Assembly (NCBI RefSeq): GCF_020745735.1 | Contig: NC_083403.1 | Coordinates: 74,743,003 to 74,807,002, forward strand | From: Hemiscyllium ocellatum | Lineage: Eukaryota | Direction: 5' to 3' | Length of the DNA: 64,000 nucleotides | Shown here: piece after piece, positions 52,843 to 62,609 of the stretch | Layout: every line of letters begins with the position of its first letter | Position numbering within the stretch: position 1 is the first letter of the stretch | Notes under the pieces: generated by a model | Seen by the model: the letters and a program-made list of their open reading frames with translations, nothing else | What the model was told of the DNA's origin: nothing | The model's database searches: none | Position numbers and translations under genes: made by a program

Positions 52843-53998
52843 CTAAAAACAATGACTGCAGATGCTGGAAACCAGAGTCTGGATCAGTGGTGCTGGAAGA
52901 CCACAGCAGTTCAGGCAGCATCCAATGAGCAGCGAAATCGATGTTTCGGGCAAAAGCCCTTCATCAGGAATAAAGGCAGTGAGCTGGAAGCAAGGAGAGA
53001 TAAGCTAGAGGAAGGTGGGGATGGGGACAGAGTAGCATAGAGTACAATGGGTGAGTGGGGGAGGAGATGAAGGTGATAGGTCAGGGAGGAGAGGGTGGAG
53101 TGGATAGGTGGAAAAGGAGCTAGGCAGGTCGTACAAGTCCGGACATGTCATGGGGACAGTGCTGAACTGGAAGTTTGAAACTAGGATGAGGTGGGGGAAG
53201 GGGCAATGAGGAAGCTGTTGAAGTCCACATTGATGCCCTGGGGTTGAAGTGTTCCGAGGCGGGAGATGAGGTGTTCTTCCTCCAGGCGTCTGGTGGTGAG
53301 GGAGCAGCGGTGAAGGAGGCCCAGGACCTCCATGTCCTCGGCAGAGTGGGAGGGGGAGTTGAAATGTTGGGCCACGGGACGGTGTGGTTGATTGGTGTGG
53401 GTGTCTCGGAGATGTTCCCTAAAGCGTTCTGCTAGGAGGCGCCCAGTCTCCCCAATGTAGAGGAGACCGCATCGGGAGCAACGGATACAATAAATGATAT
53501 TAGTGGATGTGCATCCGTGGACATGCAGGTCCTTGGACCCCTCCATCGCCAGACCATAGCAGCACGACGACTGGAGGAAGAGCGCCTCATCTTCCACCTC
53601 GGAACCCTCCAACCACAAGAGATGAACTCAGATTTCTCCAGTTTCCTCATTTCCCCTCCCCCCAACTTGTCTCAGTCCCAACCCTCGAACTCAGCACCAC
53701 CTTCCTAACCTGCAATCTTCTTCCTGACCTCTCCGCCCCCACCCCCACCCCCACTCCGGCCTATCACCCTCACCTTGACCTCCTTCCACCTATCGCATTT
53801 CCAACGACCCTCACCCCAAGTCCCTCCTCCCTCCCTTTTATCTTAGACTGAATGGCACACCTTCCTCATTCCTGAAGAAGGGTTCATGCCCGAAACCTTG
53901 ATTCTCCTGCTCCTTTGATGCTGCCTGTCCTGCTGCGCTTTTCCAGCAACACATTTTCACTCTGATCTCCAGCATCTGCAGTCCTCACTTTCTCCTAG
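52843..53998. mobile_element. Head-to-head fusion of two different PLE subfamilies (minus 52843-~53513; plus ~53514-53998)
   Basis: The minus arm has GIY-YIG IIYCIRCSRCGLLYIGETGRLLAERFREH and a distinct terminus; the plus arm matches the 5141-5996 subfamily. Confidence 0.88.
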
Positions 53999-54439
53999 AA
54001 ATAGCAAGACCATTAAACTTTAAATAGTGTGGCATTGAAACATAAAACAAATAGCATAGCTTAGCTGCTACAAATTAAACCAATAAATTAGGACTTGGGC
54101 GATAAAGTTGTGGTGAGACAGAACTAAGGGCTTCATTATTTATTTGCTTGAAGAATGCAATCTCCATAGAATAATCCACTCGACAGTATACTCAGGACAA
54201 ATGTTAAAGGATATGTAAAAAAAATTTGATTGCTTAGTTGGGAAGAAAAGTTTTAGGAGCATGTGCTTTATTAAGCAACATAGTCTTTTTCTCATGGGTG
54301 GCTATTCTGAAATATTTTTTAAGCTTTTTGTGAATGCAAGTCACTTCTGTCAATATGTGATCTGATTAACACCAAAAGGATGCGCTTTCCCACAAATTTT
54401 TGTTCCATTTTGTATGTATGAAAGATTTTGTTTGCTTGC

Positions 54440-56060
54440 TTACATCAACAATTAAAACTAGATGACAACAGTAATGACCTCTGTGGTTCCCCAATTAAAT
54501 ATTGGAATATCAGAAGTCATTGTTTTTGGTGCCCACGCTCCATTTCTTGATCCCTGAGTTTATCCCTCTGTCTGTCTACAATTAGAGATTTGGAACCTTG
54601 GTGCTACATTTGATCCTGAGATGAATTTCTGACCTCATATTTGTACCATCACTTAGATTGCATGTCTGGACATCACTGACTTTGTCATTGTTTCAACCTT
54701 TCTGCTGCTGACACCCTCGTTTACATTGCTTAGAGCAGCATCACCTAAAGTTTGATTTATATTTTGTATTTTGTTTGTGAAGAAGATAGAGACGTGGTTT
54801 TACTTTTATTCAGTAGATTTATTCTTCTTGGTTTGCTACCAAGGAGTCTGGTGACTTGTTTATTTACATGCATTTTCATGAAGGTTTACAACCCTGGGAC
54901 TTTGTAATTCAGTGCATTAAAAAAGTGGAAAAACTGTGCTGTTGCCTAATGAAAGGGATCCAGGGATATAGATAGGAAACTGTAGATGAGTGTTAGTCAG
55001 TCAGTGTGTGTGTCAGTGTGAAGGTGCAAAATTGTCCCTTTCCCCTGTGAGAAATCCTGCAAGGTCGGTGGAAACTGAGTTGTGGCAATTTAAGTTTGCT
55101 GTGATGTTAAAGTAATTGTGAGTTTAGTTTGCTGTTTGTTTTAGATGTCTTAGGGAGAGATAACAGCTGAACAAAAGCATCCGGTGACTGTGCAGAAATT
55201 CACTGGAAGGAAAGCAGTTACAGCGGTGTTAGCCTGAAGTTTTGGTGTTTGCAAAGATTTGCTAGGATAGAACAAATAGTGTGAGCTTGGTTCCTCTTCT
55301 GGTATTTGGATAGAAATCTTTTTAATCGTTATGTCAAATGTAAAGGAGTTTATATTTAATAAATGTTTTATTATTTGTATTAAATGTACATTGGCAGACT
55401 TGTGAATGTTTTCAATTATTGATTTTGATAGTTTAAAATAAAAGCAAGGTTTGTGTCTATTAAACCAGGTATTACTCTGGGAACAGGCATTTCTAATGTT
55501 AACATGAGCTGAGATCATAAATAAAAGTCTTGTTATCTTGACCTTGACTTGAGTTGGCTGGTCTCCCATAATGGACCTTCTGTAACCTTGAAGTTATCTA
55601 AAACTGATGTTTGTGTCGTAATCCACAACAAATCCCATTCTCCTACCACTCCTGTGTTCATTGGTGTACGCTGGCTCCCAATAAAGCAATATCTTGATTT
55701 ACTGTCATCCTTGATTTCAAATCCCTCCATGATTTCACCTTTTTCTGTCTCTATGAGCTCCTACAGTCACACAGCCCTCAGATATTTGCACTTATCAAAT
55801 TGCAGCTTCTTGGGCATCTCCACTTTAAGTTGCTCCCTCATTGATGATTGAGCCTTCAGTTGGTGAGGCTGTAATCTTTCGAATTCCCTCTCTATGCCTT
55901 TCTATCACTCTCACTCATTTTCTTTCCTTAAGATTTTCCTGACAGTTTATCTCCTTGATAAAATTTCTGGTCATTTATTGTTTTTATGGCTTGTTGTTAT
56001 TGCTACTCTGTATGCTCACATAAACCTCCTTGAGATATTTAACTACATTAAATTGCCAAA
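54440..56060 (+). mobile_element. Old L2 LINE 3' fragment interrupted by about 800 bp of unclassified sequence (~54725-55525)
   Basis: QLNIG.SEVIVFG, NLGATFDPEM and DTLV.. before the insert; LVI..LD and TTPVFIGVRWLPIKQ after it. Confidence 0.68.
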
Positions 56061-56074
56061 TGAGTCTGATTAAA

Positions 56075-57185
56075 GGTGACCATGAAACTATCATCAATTG
56101 CAATAAAGACCAATCTCTAATGTCATGCAGGGAAGGAAGTCTTCTGTACCTTACCTGGGACTGACCGACATGTGACTCCAGGCAACAGCAATGTGGTTGA
56201 TTCTTAATTCAGTTATAGTTGTTGGAAGTCAGTCACCTCAGACCCAAGTCATCACACAGCGTTCTCAGGATAGTGACCTGGATCCATCCACCTTCAGTTC
56301 TTTCATCAATGATCTTCCCTTCATCATAAGGTCAGAAGTGGGAATGTTCATTGATTGCACAATGTAAAGCACCATTTGTGACAACTCAGTTACTGAAGCT
56401 ATTCCCTGTGTTCATATGTAGGAAGGCCTGAATGATGTCCAGGTTTAGACTAATAATTGGCAAGCAATGTTCATGCCATACAAATGCAATGAGAATCTCA
56501 AACGATAGACAATCTAATCATCTCTCCTTGAAAATCAAAGGCTTAATATTGCTGAATTTCTCACTGTCAGCATCTCGGGGTTTACCATTGACTGGAAAGT
56601 GAACTGGACCACCCAACTTAATTCTATGGCTACAAAAGTAGGTCCAAGGCTCGGATTTGGGCTATGAGTAACTTACCTCCTGTCTCCCCAAATTCACATG
56701 GCACAAATGAGGATGGAATACTCTCTGCTTGCCTGGAAAGATACAGCTCCAACAACACTCCAGCCCAACACCATCCAGGACAAAGCATTCTGCTTGATTG
56801 GCCCCCTGTCCATGTTATTCCCTTAATCACCGAAATACAGTGGTAGCATTTTGTACCATTTGCAAAATGCACAGCAGCAAAACACTGCAGCTCTCTCAAC
56901 AGCACCTTCCAAACCTGCAACCTGTACAACTTGAAGGGCAGAGGCAGCACCACCACCTGTAAATTTCCCTTGCAAGCCACATGCCATCCTGACTTGGAAT
57001 ATATTGTTATTCTTTTACTCTAACTGTTTCAAGTCCTGGAACTCTCTAACGATATTGTGAGTACATCTACACAATAAGATCTGCAATGCTTCATAAAGTC
57101 AGCATGCCACCACCATGTCAAGGGCAAGGATGGGCAGTGAATGCTGCTGTAGCCAATAATGCCCATATTTGCAAATAAACAGGAA
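56075..57185 (+). mobile_element. Internally deleted copy of the 44436 family (SINE-like body joined to the RT 3' part)
   Basis: 56075-56210 matches 44565-44690; 56211 onward matches 46155-46980 and continues to the 3' tail. Confidence 0.75.
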
Positions 57186-58611
57186 AAAAGCAAGCTTACA
57201 GAAGGAAGCCCACTGCTATCTAAATAATTCAACTCCAGTTTTGCCAATGATGTGTTCTGAAAATAGATTAAAATAAATTTGGATAGGTAACACCATTAAA
57301 CTGTCTTCATGAGGTCATTGATCCAAAACATTTACTCTTTTTTCCTCCTCAGATGTTGCCTGACTTGCTGAGAATTTCCAGCATTTTATGTTGTTTTCTT
57401 CCAGAGTTCTTTGATTTTATGATTGTGCAAATAGTTCTATTGTTTCTCCTCTGTACAGCTGTACATGCTTCTGACAGGTTATATAGACATCTTTGTGCTT
57501 GTTTGTGGATCGTAATGAGATGCTGTTCCAGGAGCCAGGGTTACTTTGAATTCCTGTTCATTCTGCTGGTTGGAAGAGAAGTGAGGGTCAGGAATCCTAT
57601 CTTCCCACTAATTCCACTACGAAATGTAATCCATTACTTGACCTACATATTTTGAGAAGCTGAAAAAGTTCGGGAATAAAAGTGGCTATCACTGGAGTGT
57701 AATTAAAATATATTTTTTCTGAGATAGAATGATGTGTATTTTAGAGCATTGTAGAGAAACATTTGTACCAACACTGACATTGGATGCAAAAGTGAAAACA
57801 GGTTTAATTTTCCAGTAATGCTTTTTAAGAATAGAATAACATGTGCTTTTCAAGAATAAGGTCTTGGAATTTACATTGTGGGAAAATTATTTTTTCTTTT
57901 TTTTTACACAAAGTGGAAAAAAATGTTCTATTATATATTGAATCACCCTGTGTAATAATGGAGTGAATCTCACGCAAATCAAAGAAATCTTGCCAAACGG
58001 ACCAAGAGTGAGTTCCAAGTCTGCTGGGTTGCAATGAGGAATTTAACTGGCAGCAGCCAATACGAGACCACCAACAGGACTGCCTTCCAGTTAAAGATGG
58101 TGGCCTGTCCCAGAGCTCCTGAGGCCCATCTGAGGCCAAGAATCTGGCTGACTCAGTAGAGCCAATGATACAGATCTGTTGCTGACTCTGCAGCAAAGTG
58201 ATGCCTCCCTGTTAAGGAACCCTCAAATAGTAAGATGTTTTTGAATGGGCCAGATCCAAGGCAGGCAGACCCTGGCATTTAGGGGAGTGAAGTGTCCAGT
58301 GGCAACATGGAGCTGCAGAGGCTTTGGGGCAGCCTGAAAAAAATCCATCCACCCTTCACCAACCTCCAAAACACATATACCCTGGAAAACTGCCTTAATA
58401 TGCATGATGGTCTCCTATGTAGCAAGGAGACCCTCCTGATGCCAATAAAATGTTGGTGACAGGTGTACAGCAGCCATTCATTGATTAAGTTGAACATGCT
58501 CTTCAGTTAGTGGGTAGCTATTTTCTGCTTCTGGGAAAATCCCATAACAGTAGGAAGATGCTGACCTTCTTTCTTGGCCCCTTCTGAAGCTGTTTTATGA
58601 ACCCTTCTGTT

Positions 58612-58955
58612 TTACATAGAATCCCTACAGTGTGGAAGCAGGCCATTCAGCTCAACAAGTCCACACCAACCCTCCGAAGAGTTTCTCACCCAGACCCATT
58701 CCCCCACCCTATTACTGAACATTTCCTTGACTAATGCACTTAGTCTATCCATCTCTGAACACTAAGGGCAATTTAGCACAGCCAGTTCACCTAACTTGCA
58801 CATCTTTGGACTGTGGGAAGAAACTGGTGCAGCCAGAGGAAACTCATACAGTCACAGGGAGAATGTGCAAACCCCACACAGTCACCCGAGGCTGGAATCA
58901 AACACGGGTCCCTGGCACTGTGGGGCAACAGTGCTATCCACTATGCTGTCCTTAA
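58612..58955 (-). mobile_element. HE1-type SINE
   Basis: Reverse complement of the HE1 head, body and 3' end. Confidence 0.88.
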
Positions 58956-59027
58956 AGTAAACACCACAAACTTGAAGGTGCCCAGATCTTTGGCAAGCAA
59001 CTGCTTGGGGTATATCACCTGTGACTA

Positions 59028-59109
59028 CAGTCACAGTGGAATTTGAACCCACGACTTGATAGAGACTGGAGTTTAATTCTAGTACCTTAGACCACTTGGC
59101 CACACTACC
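59028..59109 (-). pseudogene. tRNA-Leu (AAG/TAG type) pseudogene or tRNA-Leu-derived head
   Basis: Minus strand ggtagtgtggccaagtggtctaaggtactagaattaaactccagtctctatcaagtcgtgggttcaaattccactgtg aligns to vertebrate tRNA-Leu GGTAGCGTGGCCGAGCGGTCTAAGGCGCTGGATT..GGCTCCAGTCTC with many CpG-type substitutions. Confidence 0.8.
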
Positions 59110-61592
59110 ACAGTTTTGCAGTTCATCTTTCAGCAGGCTGGTGAAGTTCACTCCATGCCTCAAATAATTTGCCAAAATAAACGTGTGTCGACCTTTGAAG
59201 GATAGATTCCAATTTTGGCATGTAGTCAGTAACAAAATTGCAATTTTCTTTTAATTTATTCTGAGGTAAAACTAGAGAGGTTAATTCTCCATATTAATAG
59301 TTACTACTTTTTCTTGCATAACTCTTCAAGTGCACGTCATTATTTAAGTGTTGGCTTGAATAAAGCAATTTATTTTGGATGTATTTTCAAATTATGTTTC
59401 TCTCCTATGATTTTCATGGTTTCGTGTCAGTGGTTTTATGTCAGAACTAGTTGTCCTTCTCAATGTTTATAACTGTATGATTTTGCACAAGTGGTTTCTA
59501 TAGCTACTGTACAGCAGCAGATGTCGAGCAGTGAAAAGCTGTGATAAGAAAGACAGGCTTTTTAAACAAAAACCAGACACGGGCAATTACCCTGAAGCTG
59601 AACTGAGGCCCATTTGAGTAAACGTAGGATATGAATCTTTAAAAAGTGTAAGCAAATGCAACACCACCTGATACTTTCTTTTTCCTGTTTATAATATGGA
59701 AATAGCATAGTTAATAACAGATTAGATATTGCAATTGCCAGCGCAACGTTTTAGGTCAGCAGTTTTTTGTTCCAAAGCCAATTGTCAAGAGTTGGTTTGA
59801 ATTTCCAGAAGCTAAGGTGAGAAGCGCACAGGAGCAATTTACTTTGTTTGTGCTTTCAGCTGCTATTTGCTTCTAAAACATTACAGATTGCAGCATTTCT
59901 TTTTCCACATAGCTAGTATTTAAAGGCCATAAGTGACTTGTGGTGAACACAGCAATAAGGGACCCCAACGAATGATTATGTTATCGTTTGAAGAGGGACT
60001 GTATGTTTGAATGTAATAATAGTAGCACAAAACCACTGCAGGTCATAAAGATGCTGTTTAACCCTCTCACATCTGAGAAGGATAAATCAAATTTATAGGT
60101 TACACATGTATCCAAATAAATGCATTTCTGATCCAAGCATAAAATTCCGTTATACCAAACTGCTTGGCATTCGTGTTTAATTGCGTAGTAACTCTTGATC
60201 CAAATGGAACATTTAAATAAATGCTGATTGAAGCACAAAGTATGTCGAGTTATCTGGTTTCAATGATTCGCATGATAAGACAGTGAGTCCTTTGGTAAAG
60301 GCCATGTAAAATATCTTGCTGACTCGAGAAAAGCATTTCTTTGGGGTGTGACTGTTTTTGTTTCAATTCAGTTGCTGGATATAAAATTAAATAGGCTGCG
60401 ATACAAGGACTTGAAAATTGGCTGCATTTAATTGCAGTTTCCTGATCCCAACGTAACCTTTCTTGGGAAATTAGTTTTTCTGTTTAATTGGAATAAATAT
60501 TCTACAAATTAAACAGGAAACAAATACACTTACTGGCTCTTTCTTAACCGCTGCATTAGGGATACAATAACATGAAGTTACATTCAGTCTAATTTTGAAT
60601 CAGATATCTTTAGAAGATAAATCATTCCATTATTTTTAAAATATATTGAATTAACTCAATGAGCATCTTGGGAGATTCAATTAAAATACATGTTATTTAA
60701 CAAAGAGGCAAGCTTTCATTTCTAAAATTATATAAATATTGGAATGTTGGTGCATTAAAGCCGATAAGACTTTTTTAAGGAAAAAAAACATTATTCCCAA
60801 TGTAAATTATCTTACTTCAATTGTCTGTCCCCATTTTATTCCCTCCCCTGAACTTCCATTTACTAATCCTAGCTTTTATTGTCTGATAACATTTTTGATA
60901 CTTCCTCTATCAACATTGATATCTCCTGAACTTATGGTCACCTTAGATGTGAAGGCAAGGCCATTAGTCTCAGAAAGGGGAATAGTGAAAAAAAGAAGCT
61001 AGTATTGCTTTCAACAAAATGACAAGTTTGAAGTCTGGGTGTGTTGAGTCAGGTAATCCCAGTTGGGTTAGTACTGCACTATTATGTAATTAGAGCAAGC
61101 TGAGGTAGAAGAAACAGCCACATGTAATTCCTACTCATTGTTCAGTTGCTTTTCCTGTTACTTTCCCAATCCACTAACTCATTCCATCTCTGCTTGCAAG
61201 TCAAAGTTGGTACCCATTAAATTTTACCTTCTGGAGAAGCAGAGAAAATAAAGCAAAGAATATAAGAAAAGCAATTAATTAAAGTAAAACCATCAAATAA
61301 AAGGAGTGAAATATATCTGGCATCAAAGAAAATTACATTTTTGCATTATATTAACAGAGAAAAAGGAACAGTCCCAAACATAGCTCACAGTGGATTAATA
61401 CTGGACCAAGACACTCCAACTTTAGGAGCTTCTTCCAGTTTGCTGAAGGAGAAGATGTTCTCGCCTTCTATAGTTGAACTAATCAGTTAATAATACTAGT
61501 TAACATACTCACCAATAAACCAATGACCCATCTGTACCAAATATGTATTAAATATCTTGCATCTGAATGCATTTCTTGACTCTGTAATGCAA

Positions 61593-61803
61593 CTGCTGAA
61601 AATGTGTTGCTGGAAAAGTGCAGCAGGTCAGGCAGCATCCAAGGAACAGGAAATTCGACGTTTCGGGCATAAGCCCTTCATCAGGAAGAGCTTATGCCCG
61701 AAACCTCGAATTTCCTGCTCCTTGGATGCTGCCTGACCTGCTGCGCTTTTCCAGCAACACATTTTCAGCTCTGATCTCCAGCATCTGCAGACCTCACTTT
61801 TTC
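61593..61803. mobile_element. Mini fold-back PLE made only of inverted terminal repeats
   Basis: Near-perfect hairpin with arms of about 85 bp; 13-bp TSD ctctgtaatgcaa at 61580-61592 and 61804-61816. Confidence 0.92.
61654..61687 (-). ncRNA. Minimal type I hammerhead ribozyme motif (intact core)
   Basis: Minus strand ttc-CTGATGA-a-gggc(ttat)gccc-GAAACGTC-gaa. Confidence 0.78.
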
Positions 61804-62609
61804 CTCTGTAATGCAATTGGCTATTGTCAAGTTTTTGATACATATTGCACATTATGATTTTTTTCACTAAAAATAATATGCACACATTTATAATGCATTA
61901 TTTTTTGCTCTATTGTAATTACTTTTCCCAGTTCATTTTGTTTTTGTGTATTCATTTAATGGCTTCAACTAAATTTTTCGCCTGAAAATTGCAACAGTTA
62001 GAACATGAACGTGAAGGTTTTTGACGAGTGCTGAACTGGTTTTAAAATGTGAAGCATAAACAATGTACCAAGAATATACCAGCACTGGTCTATTAGTTAC
62101 TAATATGTTTTTAACATTGATTAGTTTTTGTTCAAATAACTTTGGATAATGAGGACAAATTTCAAAAGCTTCACTGACAAAAAAATGACGTTGTGTATTA
62201 AAAACCGGCGGGATACGTGCTTGCCAACTTGTTCCACCAAGAAACGCTGATAAGTCTGGTTTCTCACCTTTACCAGCTTTATTGTTTTCTATAACTTTGT
62301 AAAGCATATTACGCTGAGGGTGTCAGTGAAGTTGGATCAGAGAGAGCAAAAGGTAGCTGGGATTGCAAAGGGCCTTGGGGACTGGAAGAGGACAAGTGAT
62401 GAGCTGAAACATTAGAGTGAAGGAGGTGTGCCCATCCTTTCTCATGGCCATGGCATTTTGCAAGTAGTGGGAAAGGATTTCAATGGCCCTTCCAGCCAGA
62501 GGCCAATTAGCCATTTTTTTCTGGCTGTTGCATACATTTTGCCAATGTTGTGAGGGCCCTTGCCACCTGAGGAACCTGCCCACCCACCGAGGGCCCGTTC
62601 TCCCGCCAC

